A stretch of 64,000 bases of DNA from Epiperipatus broadwayi (taxonomy: Eukaryota > Animalia > Onychophora), in the NCBI GenBank assembly GCA_028023455.1, contig JAQFVV010000003.1, positions 8,246,001 through 8,310,000 on the forward strand. The letters are read 5' to 3'. The translations under genes and the position numbers were made by a program. The notes beneath the pieces were generated by a model, which searched no databases, was not told where the DNA came from, and was given only the letters and a program-made list of their open reading frames with translations. How positions within the stretch are numbered: the stretch's first letter is position 1; every line of letters starts with the position of its first letter. Positions 24,321-38,000 of the stretch are shown here, piece after piece.

Positions 24321-25940
24321 CTGAAAAAAAAAAAAAAATTTAATGGTTTATAAATATTTGTTTTAAAGACTTGTGGTTTAATAAAGAAAAATCAATATTT
24401 TATCATTTTCATTCAAAATTACACTAACATTAGAGAATTTACAAATTTTCTCATCTTTGAAATTTGTATGGTTTTTCACATAAGAGAGATTTCTCTGATT
24501 TAATTGCCTCTGTTCAATTTGTTTACTAATTGAGAATCAAGTGATATTATGTCTCATTTTTAAAAAAAATATTACTTGAACAAAATGTGTATTATTTTGA
24601 AAATGTGTGATACACTGACTGCTGAGACTTTCTCTGACAATGAATTTCAATGTAAACTGTTCAGTGTTTTTCAAAGTTTTAGTAATTACATATTTTTTTA
24701 AACTTTTTTATAATTCAAATATAAAATGCAGTTGCATTTATCTTATGGGAGACTACTGCAAAGAAAAAAAACATGCTATACTCCTGAATTAAGGCTAGAA
24801 TGGTGACTGCATTTAGTTTTTTGCAGAGTAATATCTGATTTTAATAATAATTGAGTTGTGAAAATGTGAATTCATTTCAAGGGATAATATTTGGGTCAAA
24901 TCTTATCTTAGAATTTGTTTGTGATGGCTTTAATACTTATTGTATACAGATTCATTCACAAAGAATAAGAGCAGTTATGGATTTGAGTTTTTTGTATTTA
25001 CTATTATTGTATTAGCAATATTATAAATTAGTGTGAGTGATAACATTTTAAAAACTGATTTATGAAGAAAATTATAGATTAGTGAATAAGTTAAAATTTA
25101 CTAATGTAAAATTGAATAGATTTTATTTCACATGCACTTATTGCCAATATTAAGGATGGAGTTTATTGTATAAAATAGTTTTTTGGTCATGATTTAATGA
25201 ATTAATATTCATGAAATCATAATGAGCAAAGAACAAGAATAATATCAGATGAACTCTGCAATGACATACAAAATTAAGTGACTCCTTTATATAATTTTTG
25301 GGAATGCTTAACTTCATCAATATGTTGTGTTAATATTTTTAGAGGTTCATTATAAGAACTTAATAGCTTTTTTGGGTAATTATCTGGTAATAACTTCATG
25401 AATGGCTGTTTATTCTTAGATATGTGCAGTAGAATTAAGAGAAAATCTAAATGTATTCAATTTTTCATAATAACAATTTTGGGTTTAAGCCAGTTTTAAA
25501 TAGGATTACAAGAGAATGTATCTATTGTTTCTTCTGCAGTTACAATTTCTAGATTAATATCAGATTCAAGATGCTTAAAATTTTTTATAATGAATCATAG
25601 ACTCAGCATTTGAGGGACTCCCATTAAGGATGAAGACTGCATTGTATTATAATTTTTTTGTTTTTCTTTTATGCAGTGTCAAGCAAATAATTTTTAAAAA
25701 CATTTGTATAAAGTCTCTTAGAAAAGAGAATAGATAAAGTTACTTAATATAGGATAGTTATTGTATTTATCCTGAAATGACATAAAACATTTCATTTTTA
25801 AAGGAAAAAGAAGAGATAACCATTTATTAACAGAAGAAAGTTTTATCTTTTAAAAAAAGACAATATCAATTTTATTATTTTTACTGATATCTTAATGTGC
25901 ATATTTACAAAAATAAAATTGTCTTAATATGACCAGAGAT

Positions 25941-25987
25941 TAAAACAGGTAAAACTCCCCATATAGTATTGCAATGGTGATCATGTG
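25941..25987 (+). mobile_element. family 1 copy E, minimal ~47-nt footprint
   Basis: taaaacaggtaaaactccccatatagtattgc (inverted end) is fused directly to atggtgatcatgtg (sense 3' end). No TSD visible. Confidence 0.6.
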
Positions 25988-28762
25988 ATTTTTATTGGCT
26001 TACGGTCAGAAAGGAAGCAATTCAATTTTCATTATGAATTGGAATACAAATGAACCAAATGTTTTAAATGAAATCAATGCTTTTAGATAATTTAATGATG
26101 TTTATTATGACCTTTAAATAAATTATTTAAATCCTTATTTTTTCATAACAAAAAGTAAGGCATGGTCAACAAAATTTTTTTTTTTTACATCTTATTAACC
26201 AAGTGATATCATAATAGCTGGTACTGAAATATAAATATTAGCTTTTAATTTTTTTATTTACATTTGTCATTTCTAATTTTTTTGGTCTTCCTATCTTTAT
26301 CATTGTTTCTTTATCAATAGAAGAACTTAAAAAGTCCAAATGGTTTTATCAATAAAGAATTAATTAGTAATATTTGTTGACAAATTTGTTCATTTTGAAA
26401 TAATAACAATCCTAAAATATATATTATAAAATATATACAATATAAGGCTTAAAGCATATTTAAAGATTGTTTCTTACTGATATGTGATAATTTTAATAAA
26501 AATATTTTCAATACTTGAATGACAATAATAAAATTTTTTGTATAATTTACTCAGAAAGTGGGCCAAAATACTGATTAAATTATTATAAATATTTTCAAAC
26601 TATTATTATGATATAGCTGGCATAACTTTATACTACTTTGCCAGTACGATCATACCGTGTTAATAAACAATTGCATGAGTTCTTAATACTGCATGAATTT
26701 AATTAAAAAATGGATTATTCACATGTCAAAGACATTGCATGTGAGAAAATGTTATAAGAGCTCATCAACAATAAGCTAGAATAAATTCTTGATTTTATTA
26801 TTTTTTTCTATGGAAAAAAAAAAGTTTAGAAAACTTCTAAAATATTATAAATATGAAAATGTTATATAAAAAAAGAGGTAAATGATTAATATATGGACCA
26901 TGATGTTACTGGCAAATTATATACTGTATATATGGTTAAAACATCTGTATTATAAAAGTGTGCGTATTTAAAAGGGATATCATTTGCAGTTTGCTAATGT
27001 TTGTAAATGTTTCTATCCAAAATAAGGATTGGAAATCAAATAATGTAAATATTTGAATTTTACTACAAATTCTCTGGGAAATAAACAGAATATCTTAACA
27101 AAATTGGCATTTTGTGAAGTGATTGAATCTATAAAAATAATCAAATGTTTGTTGATCTAATACCAGAAGTACAAAGTTGAACTTCATTGAAGGGGAATAT
27201 TCTCATAGTCCTTTTCTTCATAATTTCACTGCCATAAAATAGAAAAAAGTGGTGACTAGATATAAAAAAAAAACGAAAGTCAGTTATAAAATAAACTTCA
27301 CAATATAAGTTTTTGATGGGAAGAATTCTAATTTGAATGATAGTTTTAACAGTTTTTTTAATGCTATATTTATCTGTCAAAGGATTTTGAAGTACTTTAA
27401 TGGATAGTAACATTAATACATTTATTTATAAATCATACTTTAAAAAAATAGTACTAACTGTTTTTACTTTTAAAAATACCATATTCAAGGCTGCTTCCTC
27501 CTAGAAATTTTTCAAATATTATTATTCAAAATGCCAAACCTATCTCTTCCTCATCATTTTTTCCAAGAAAATCAATGATACATTCTAGATTAGGATTTGA
27601 AGTCTTAGATAAACAACTTAGTTGCAGAAGCAAATTTTTAGATGATAATGGAAATAGTCTAACATAATGTACTACTTAGTGCTGAATAAAATTATTATTT
27701 AAGTTTAATACATGCATGAAATTTTTCATGCTATTACTTTTGTGAGTGATAACACTTGAGCCTTTTTCAACAGGATAATGCACAATAATACAATTCCATA
27801 ATCTTTTACAATATGAAAATAATTTTCTAATGTTTTTTCATGACCAGATTGTTTTACAGATAACTTATCATGAAGCACATATAAAATTTTACTGGATAAT
27901 ACTTGCACCTGTATTATCAAAGATCCCATAACACATAGGCATTAGACAAAATCCTATAGTCACATATAAACCAGGATTTCATTGGAATTCTTTATCACTG
28001 CAATCTGCATGACTGTATTTTTATACATAGTGGTCACACAAAATACTATCCATTATAATATGATTTTCTTATTAACCTAACTAATATTTTGTTCTGGAAA
28101 TTAAGCAATTTATTTACATGATGTTTTATATAACTTCTCGTTTCTATTTATCTCTTGTGGGAAATGTATTTATATATTGAGCAATATATATATAAAGTAG
28201 ACAGTGTCAAAGATGTGAGTGCAGGAAGTTTGATATTTGTAAATCAAAATTTAGTAATTTAATATATATATATGCACACATATAAACACACACTGTCAAA
28301 GAATGAAAAAAAAATTAAAGGACTATTGTATAGTGATTTATTTTATAAAAATTTTGTTTAAATGTCAAATTACTTTTCTAACCTAAAATTTTCACAGAAA
28401 CTTTAAAAAGAAAACTGAAATGATGAAATAAAGATATGGATCATAGTTTTTATTAATAATCTTTATTGCTAGAGATAGGAAAAAATTAAATTTACAAACC
28501 TTCCTCCCCTCCACACACACACACAAAGGGAATTAATAACATTCTGAAAATTGAAGAGACATACACACGAGCATCCACATGAAGTAATTAAATGTAAACA
28601 CAGATTGATGTATGAACTTTTTTAAAATGATACTACTTATATTATACTGAAGCCAGGAAGAACTCCAGACCTTGAAAAATGCAGAGAGAGATTCAGAAAA
28701 GAGAAATATAAATTGAGAGATAAAGTAGGTAAAATGATGTGTATATAAATGTTATTATTTAC

Positions 28763-28856
28763 CTGAACACTGAGTAACTTTTTGTAACTGGAATGGAAAA
28801 ATAATATCCCGGTCATTGTTACAGAATTCACAAATAAATCCTTTTGCAAGGCAAAG
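28763..28856 (-). CDS. RUBCN: Rubicon-family RH-domain zinc-binding exon
   Basis: Acceptor (T)n-cag and donor GTAAAT. Reads [31 protein letters not shown]+G, recognised from Rubicon '[33 protein letters not shown]'. The EFC..N...IIFPF spacing resembles Rubicon more than DEF8/PLEKHM1 as I recall them; orthology needs a tree. Confidence 0.96.
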
Positions 28857-31800
28857 CTGAAAAAAAAAAAAAAAAATCAAAAAAACATAATAGTAATCTT
28901 CATTCTAATACAAAATGAATGTGCATTAAAACTTATAATTTTAAAGAAGACAATAAACATATAAAGCTAAATATGTTAAGAACTGGAAGCTTTCTGACAA
29001 ACCACTATTAATTTAAAACAATTACAATCATTAATCTTCATATACAATAATATGAATTGAATGTCTATAAATTAGAGCAATCAATCTCATGACTTCACAT
29101 ACATCTTTATTTTGAAAAACTAGAGTTGCTTTTCTTGTATCATTCACTTATAATATTAAAAATGAATAATTTAACTGAAAAAAAAAAAAACATTATGAAA
29201 ATAATATAATAATTAATATTATTGAGAATTTCAATAACAAGTTTTTCATATAATTTTTTTTATCCTCATGAATTTAATTGCAATTAATATAATTAGTCTG
29301 ACATTTATTCTTTTTTTCCTCTTACCATGTTATATCTTACTTATATACATTCATAATAATCCCATATAGTTATTTTTTCATTAGCAGTAATTCCTTACTT
29401 CATAATTTGTATCAGAACATCATCTTATAAGAATGTTCTTGCTCTCTGACCAAAAGTGTCTACTATAATAATAAATAGAGGTCTCTTTCCTATATGTGAT
29501 CTCAAATGTTTTATATCTTAAGTATTCCTGATGTCCAACATTCATTTAATTGTTATTAATTAACCTTCTTACTTTATCAGCAGATGAAAGAAAAGTTATG
29601 CTTTAAATATTTAACATAATTTAATAGGAATATTTTCTTATCATTTTCACAGTCAATTATACTTTATAATAATTATATCAGTCTAATTATTCATCAATTT
29701 AACTGAATATTTTCTAATAAAAGCTCCACATATCAATCATATACCAAAAAGCAAGTTCCAATCCAGATTATCTCCTCATTGTGAATTCCTCTCTCATTTT
29801 CCTCCTTAAAACCTCGTGGATAGTTTCTTCCTAAAGATTGCTGATATTCAATCTTTGCCCTGCAGGCTATTACTGATTCTTAGATATTTTTTTATAAAGT
29901 TCTCTCACAGTATTTATAGTAAAATGCTATTGTTTTCATAAATCTACATTCAGCAATAAAAAAAAGTTTATTTAAATCATAAAAGTATAACAAACTTCAT
30001 TTAACACATTTTCTGAACTGTATAAGTCTTATGCTTGAGCTACACACTTAATGGTTTTATATTTTAAGTAAAGCTTAAAATTTAGCAATAATAATAATTT
30101 AATAAAATATATAAAATAATTTTCTAACAGAAATTTGTTGAATCTTAAAATATTGTACAATTAATTTTATATACATTATATTGGATGGAGTGGATGACAG
30201 TGGGGAGTTTGAAAGTCTGAGTTCAAATCCCCGTTAATTACATCTAGGATAAGTGTATACATTATATTTCAATATTACAACTTTGTATTAAATTTAGATT
30301 ATTTCATGAACCTATCTACATTTGACAATAAATTAAACTAACAAAAATAAATAATATTAAACAGATTTGTTACAAATAATTTTAAAAGACAGAAAATTTA
30401 ACAAAACTAAATGTTTTAATTACTTCAAGATCTATATAAATCTTTCTTTTTTTTTTGTAAAAAAAGTAAATTATAATTTAATAAAATTTAAAAATAAACA
30501 TTTTCTGAATACAACCTGAAAATAGTAGCAATATAAAATATATATTTCATAATCCAAAAGGTAAGAAACACACATGATCTAAATCACTTTCTCGAAGCTT
30601 CCCTAGTCTTTGCTCTTTTCTTCAAATCCTTAAAATATCTTTTCCATAAAACCATTTTCAACTTCTCTTATGCTTGCCATTATTTCTTGATAATTTTTCC
30701 GTCTCTTCATGCATGTCTAGGCAAATTCTTCTTTCACTTCCCTTAATTTACTCACTTACTATTAACTTAATACAAAGCTTTAATAGCTCTGATCTATCTA
30801 CCATAAAGTAAGATGCCATTTTCTGGATGTTAAAACTATGAAAACCTTAATAACTGAAGAATTATGGCATAAGAATGAAGTTTCTTATGAGACCCAAACA
30901 AATTTCCTGTTTTCTTAGATATTAATGGATCTCATAAACAAGCTCAAAATTACTTAATGTCAATGTGCTTAACAACTTCAGAATTGAAATTTAACAATCT
31001 CATACCTGTCATGGAAACCATGATCATGTGGTTAATGGCTATCAATGTATGCATACAAAAGCAGAATTGCAGGACTTTGTAAAGATACTAGAGTGAATAT
31101 CTGGTTGGAATCTTTATAGGTTCCTTTATATTGTTTTTAAATAGTTAGTTATGAAATCAAATAAGTAAATTTTCAGTAAAATATTTGATTTTTCCTCTCA
31201 CTTTCTCTTTACAACATTTCTCTATTTTTTCCAATTTATCTTTTCTATTTCCCTTCAAAGTCATATTTTTAAAGCCCACAATATAATTTCCTCCCTCTTC
31301 CTAATTATCCAAATTTCTGTAGTCATATAAAACTCCAACCAAACTTTCAACAAATCTTTTTCAGTGAGCTACAGAATAGATGTTTATACTATAAAAACTC
31401 TAGCTATTGTATTTTTTTCATTAAAAATAAGCTGATTTCACTGTTATTTTTGGTTTTTTAACTATTTTCAATAATTTCAAAAGGGAGGGGGAGAATCTTG
31501 AACATACAAACGTGATTGTTTCATATTATTTATATTTTATTCATAATAATAATAAAAAACCTAATTTAGGACCAAGATAATTCATAATCTTTTATTTAAT
31601 ATTTTTTAAATTATTATAAAAATTTGTTAATTGTGAAAGAATATTTTCTTCTAAATATAAAGCAAAAAAAAAAAAACCCGCAATAAATATTAATAAGATG
31701 AAAGATCCATCTTTTTCCAATTTCAGAAGTCATAATATAAAGCAAAAAGTATGTTATTAGGTACTATGTGGTAATGCAAGCCAGTCTTCTATCGTTATTT

Positions 31801-33199
31801 TCTAATAAATTGGATTTCTTCTGATAGAAGACATTGGATTTAAACTGCTGTTTATTCAATAGTCATCTTTTACTATCTTATTATTCTAGTCAATGATTGA
31901 ATAATTTATCATTCTAAGGTTTTGAAATAAGACAATCAGATTACATAATTATAAAGGATTGATGCTAGTTCAGCAATTATATATTTTAGTAATCAGATCT
32001 AGACCAATATCATCTTCGATTTTTTGATTAAAAAAAATATGAAAAACTAGGAAGTATCCATTGATTTTCTCTTTAGCTTATATTAAATGATACTGTATTA
32101 GGAGCAATAATGTACTCTATTTACTCCACAGACATCGAAGTAAGATTGAGCACCATATGATAATTCTATATTCACATTTCCAGATTAGTTTTTACTATCA
32201 ATTCCTCAATGAAGAAAGCCAATAGTGAAAAAGTAGTCTGGAGGCATAGATAACCAATTAAAATACATTAATTATTCAACCTTACAATATATGGTTTGGA
32301 ATAGTGTAAATAAAAATGAATTATACTGAAAATAACAGAAAGTCATGATGTTTTGTTTGGTATTAATTGCATTAACAAAATCTTATCTTTAATTCTAAAA
32401 GTGATTTACATTATGGCTTCTGGATTGGAAAAGAGATATTGTTAGTGACAATTACTATAAGATGTCTGTGAATATGTTGGTTACTAAACTGATTTCCTTT
32501 TGCAATATTTTTTTGCAGCCTAATTGAAAAACTTCTTGAAAATTTCATGGGAATATTTGAGCAAAAACTAATTACTAATATTAGATATATGAAATTTCTA
32601 TATTTAGAACTTTTAATAGATATTCACAGCTTTATCTTGAATAAAAATTCTAGTTTATATAGTAGGTCTCTTTAATTTATCTTCTCAACATTTCAAAGTT
32701 AGAATTATACTTTATTTTTTCAAGCTAAGTATTTATATTGTAGTTTTAATATAATTAATGAAAACAGCAACATTCTGATTAATATCAGTAACATCATATG
32801 ATTTTATTAATCTACTCATATACTACAAACTCATCTATTGTAAGCCTGAGTTTTCAATGAACACCGATTGTAATCACAACACAATAGCCACAACCACTGA
32901 TTAATTTCTGGATTTCCTTTTATTAGTGGGGAATTAAATTCAAACCTGTAAACTTTAGAGATTTTGGAATAAAGACTAATAAGTTGAATAATATAAATGA
33001 AGAAAAGGTGAATCTTAAGCCATTTCTGATGAAAGCAAAAGATCAGAAACTGAATGGGGGATATAAATATTATAAGGCTACATGATCCATTGTTACTCAG
33101 GCTTGCAATAGATGGCTTTGAAGTAAGGTGGAGTAAACTGCTCTTGGAAATATACAGATTCTGAAAATTTAATTATTCAGAATGTATACTAATACTTAC

Positions 33200-33274
33200 T
33201 TCACATTCGGCAACATGTTTTAAACAAGGAAGAATCAATTTCCGCATGTAAATTAGCAATTCCCCAGATTTAAC
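33200..33274 (-). CDS. RUBCN: Rubicon-family RH-domain exon
   Basis: Acceptor catttttttgtag and donor GTAAGT. 75 nt reading VKSGELLIYMRKLILPCLKHVAECE (cf. Rubicon '[24 protein letters not shown]'), phase 0/0. Confidence 0.92.
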
Positions 33275-34992
33275 CTACAAAAAAATGTTTTAATTACTAT
33301 TCAGAAATTAAAAATTCATCAGATGTAACTGAGAAATCAATAACTATGAACATGAAGATCAATTACTCTATTGATCTTCATTGTTAGCACTGGGATGAAT
33401 TATATAAAATGAATATTTCATATTATTGATACAAAACAATTAACTGATAATTATATAGGTAAGAATATGTTTCTGCATACATTTAGATATCTAAAAATAG
33501 ATTAAGCTTATTTGTTGTTCTTGATTTGCAAGCAATAACATACACACATAGATGGTATCAGTTTAATTATAATAAGGGATTAATTGGTTAAACAAACACA
33601 TACATGTTAAGAATACATTGTAAATTATAGTAAACAATATAATATTAAGGTTATTTTTTTGAAAATGTTAAAAAGGTAAAATTACGGAAATGGATACTAC
33701 ATCAATTTCTAGAAAATTTATTCTGTTAGGCAGGGGAAGATTCTCTAAACGAAGTTCTACCTAGAACATGCATCTTGCAAAGTGTTTGAAAGACAACTAA
33801 CTTTATTAAAAAACAAAATTTATTAATAGTGACTGATATGTTCTTTTATACCTCTTTTTTTTTTGTAATTAAATGTAGATTAATTTCAAAGCATTAAAAA
33901 TGTTTTAATTTTAAAATTAACATACCAAATTATATAATTTATGAACAAATTCAAAACTAATAAGTTTTAAAATATTTTACTTCTTTATTTTTTGAAAACT
34001 ATTACATTTTATTAGCTGTATTGTTTTTTAATAGCACATTAGTTTTATGAAGAATTTGATATTTATTTTTTGTGATATATTATTAAGTTATTGTGAAAAT
34101 AGCACTGCTCAGGAAAAAAATTTAAAAGTAAACAATTTTTGAAAGTAAATTAACTATTTACTAATGGAAAAAGTTTTCTGCAAGAAATCTAAAAGTTTCA
34201 AGTCCAAGAGGAAAAACTGAAGTAAAACTTTCAAAAAAAGATGACATAATAGTAGTTATTATGTGCCAAATTGAAAGAATGTCAAAAATAGCTGGCTAAA
34301 TATGGATCTTATCATCTTGTTTAAAATAAACATTGACTCTTAACTTATGTTTGAATCAGTTCAAAATTTTAAGGTTTTTAACTTGGGCAAAATAAAATTA
34401 AAGATAATTGTGAGATACACAATTGCATTACTCCCAACTTTGCATTTCAAGCCTTATTAATAAAAACAAAAGCCAAAAGCCAGTCTTACTGTGATCACAT
34501 ATTGTGTAAATTAAAGAATCAAGTGATTTGTTATTATCTAAATCATACTTTGATGGAAGAATTGATTTCATAGTTGTTGAAATTTAATAATCATCAAAAT
34601 AAAATTAGCAAAAAATCTAGCCATACTTGTGGGTAAATTAGTTAAACTAGAAAATAAATTAAAAATTGTATAAAATAAAAGCACTAGAATTTATTTAATA
34701 AAAAAATAAAAATCATTGAAATTAAAAGTAAAAATAAAAAAAATAAATACTATTTAACTGATGCTAAATAATAAATTTATTATTCAATATACATAATTGC
34801 TAAATTTTTTTAGATAAGTTATTTTATATAAAGAATCTAGAAATATTTGAACAAAAAATAGATTTTCTAGTGGTTTTATTAAGTATATCAATTTTTTCAC
34901 TGAATGTATAGATTGAACAATCATTAAGTATATGATTCACAGTTTGTATTTGACTGCAAGCACATAAGCCAGAAATTTTTAAATTCTTTTTC

Positions 34993-35056
34993 TGAAGCAA
35001 ATAAGAATAGTTTTCATGAGTAGTTGAAGCAAATAAGAATAGTTTTCATGAGTAGT
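34993..35056 (+). repeat. perfect 32-bp tandem duplication
   Basis: TGAAGCAAATAAGAATAGTTTTCATGAGTAGT x2. Confidence 0.95.
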
Positions 35057-38000
35057 CCTGAACCTGTTGATGAAACTCCAGTAATGTCTAAGCAAGATCA
35101 AATCCGACTGTTATTGTTCGATATGAAAAAACATTTAGCTTTAAATAACAACATGTATTTTCAGCCTATAAAGGTTAGTGGGATATAATACAATCTAGAG
35201 GGAATAAACAGACTTTCAAAACAGTGTATTTTATAAATATTCAAATGTTAATAGATATCTGTCATATTCAAGTAATGAAACTGATTTAGTTAATCAGATA
35301 AGGTAGGAATTACTGTTCAATGTATAATGTGGGTAATTATACTGACTGAACTATTGTGTCATTATGTGAGAGACCAGCACTTATAAGTTAACTAGTTTGA
35401 ATCATTAGCAGTCTGAATGAAGGCTGTTCAGTATATAATAGGATTAAGGCTAGTAATGCTGATTATAGTATTGCAATCTTATGAGGAGCCTCTAGATTCA
35501 TAGTCTAAACTAATTTAAATCACAAATAGTTTACATAAATGCTATAAGATTGATATAAAAGAAAACTAAAGGTTAATTAAAATATAATAATAGAAGCAGA
35601 AGTGATTAATAATAATGCTCAGTTGATTAGCAATTTTATAATAAGCTCAAGGAATCCTCCTCATTTTAGAAATAAATAGAATTAAGTAATTTTATATAAA
35701 TGTGATGAATTTAATTGAATATAATATATAAAAAATTGCTGTAAGAGATATGCAATGTCTATATTATTATCAATTAAAAGCCATTCTTTATTCCAATTAT
35801 GCTATTATTAATAATGGCATAATTTTTTCCCAGATCTTATTTTGATATCAAATACATATGCCTATTTAGTTAAATAAGTTTGATACTAGGTTATAGTGTA
35901 GTTAGTGCTTCTATGGAGGAAGCCCAATAACTAAAAACTTGTCTACAATCTGTTTAGCATTAATGTTTGGTATCCATCGATTAATTGTGTTTTCATGGAT
36001 GGATCACGAATATAATGAAGTTAATTAACTACTTTAAAATGCAAATGAAATTTAAGTTTGAGAAATATATGCCAGTAAACTCCATTAATCAAATTTCAAT
36101 CAGTTCTTTGTATTATTATTTTGAATTGATTGTAAATAAATCAATAAACTGTAGTTTAAATTTAACATTATGGATGGTGTTCACACTTCTACTCAGTGTG
36201 AGATGATCAAAAATAGTGATATTAGTTTCTAGTAAATAAGATTGTAGTTCATGTTAAATTAAATATAAATTTATTTGAAGGCACAATATGTATATATATA
36301 TATATACATGAATACATATATCTAGTTAATAATAAATTCTAAGATATTGTTAGTTATTAGTCTATACTTGTTAACCACCTTTAATTTGGAAACATCCTAT
36401 TGGTGATTCTTTTAGAATCATTCATGAATCATCAGTGGCAGCATTGGGATATATATGGCAAAATGCCACACTATATATTCAAAATAATAATAAAGCAAAA
36501 TATAGTCCAAATCAATTCTAACATAAGTGGCTATTAATAAAGTAAAAGGTCAGTAATGCCCAATATAGAGAAACTACAGAAGACATGTGAAAGTTTGATT
36601 TTTGGTTAAGTACAATTAAATATCACCAACTGATTCTAATTAGAAATACTGTATATCCAAATTAGAAAACTATTATAATACATTTAGTAAAACCAAGTAA
36701 GTACCATTTCTCACAAAATAAGTTAGATTATTATATGATTTAAATAATTTTTAAAAATTTGCATTTTTTAAATATGACCAGATTCTTGTCATTATATTTC
36801 TACTTTGACAATATCACTGGTCAGATGAAAAGGCTTGCATATCACAATGAAGCGGAGAAATATGCTAAAAACTTTTAGAAGGTTCACCCAAGCTGGACAG
36901 ATCAAAGGAGAATTAGCAGATTAAATGTGGTACAGGGAGCTATAATTGGGAGTTAATATATTGCTCATGCCCCCCCCCCCCAGCTAAGTAAACCATTTTG
37001 CTACAAAATCAAAAAGTATGAAAGACTCAATTTGAAAAAATAATTATGAAAAAAGAAAATGGATTATGAATAATGGATGTTAAAACATAGTCTTTCAAAT
37101 AAAATCGATTTTTTTATCAAGAAAATTACAAAAATATAATATGAACATTATCATATTGATAGAGATAAAGAAAAAGGAAAGATGAGATGACTATTTCTAT
37201 TTTTGGAACAAAGTAAGAAAAGGCAACTGGGCAAGAATGCCCCAATGCTATAAGAAATATGAAGCAGAAAGTAATAGGAAGAAATTTGTTAATGAGAGAA
37301 TAATTGTGAATTTGACTTTGTTTTCAGAAGAAATAATATAAACAAGAGAATATGCATTCGATGTTGTATTGAAATAAAAGATGTATTTTGGGATTTATAA
37401 GAAACAATAGAAAAAACGCCAAGAAAAAAAATAAATTGTAATTAATTATGGGAGATTTGAATGTGAAGAATGTTCAGAAGGAATATAAAAATGTAATGGG
37501 AAGATTTGGTTAGGAGGAGAGAAATGACAATGGAAATGAACTTATACTATTTATAAATTAAAGTAATTGTTTTTAAATTAGTTTATTTTTTTGAGATTAA
37601 TTTTTAACTTGATTTAATAATTATAAACTTATTTAAACGCACATTGATTACGTAAGTAATATTTACTAAGGCTGTAAATCTTAAGAATATGCATGTGAAA
37701 ATGCGAAGGTAGGGGCCTCTACATAGTAAATATTACTTGACTTAATAACTAACCAGAGTTTAATTTCAAACTTTTTAAAAATATTTTGCTCAGTTATTAT
37801 CTCTGTGGACAGCATTGTTGGATTATGAAGCAGAAGATGCGCAACAGTTAAAACAGTAAATAGAACTCAAATAGCATGTTAGATTTATGAATTTATTAAT
37901 TGAAATATGTAAGAGTTTTGAATGTGAATTCTACTAAATGTATTATATTTGAATATAACTGGAAAAAAGAAAATATCTCCACTCACAATGTGAGCATTCC

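Noticed and set aside
26639-26670. gccagtacgatcataccgtgtt resembling the 5' end of 5S rRNA
   Set aside because: Similarity covers only ~20 nt with several mismatches and does not continue into the A/C boxes.
33352-33381. Perfect 12-bp hairpin as a Helitron 3' end or miRNA
   Set aside because: Too short for a pre-miRNA. The downstream CTGG is not followed by T and no 5' TC partner is evident.
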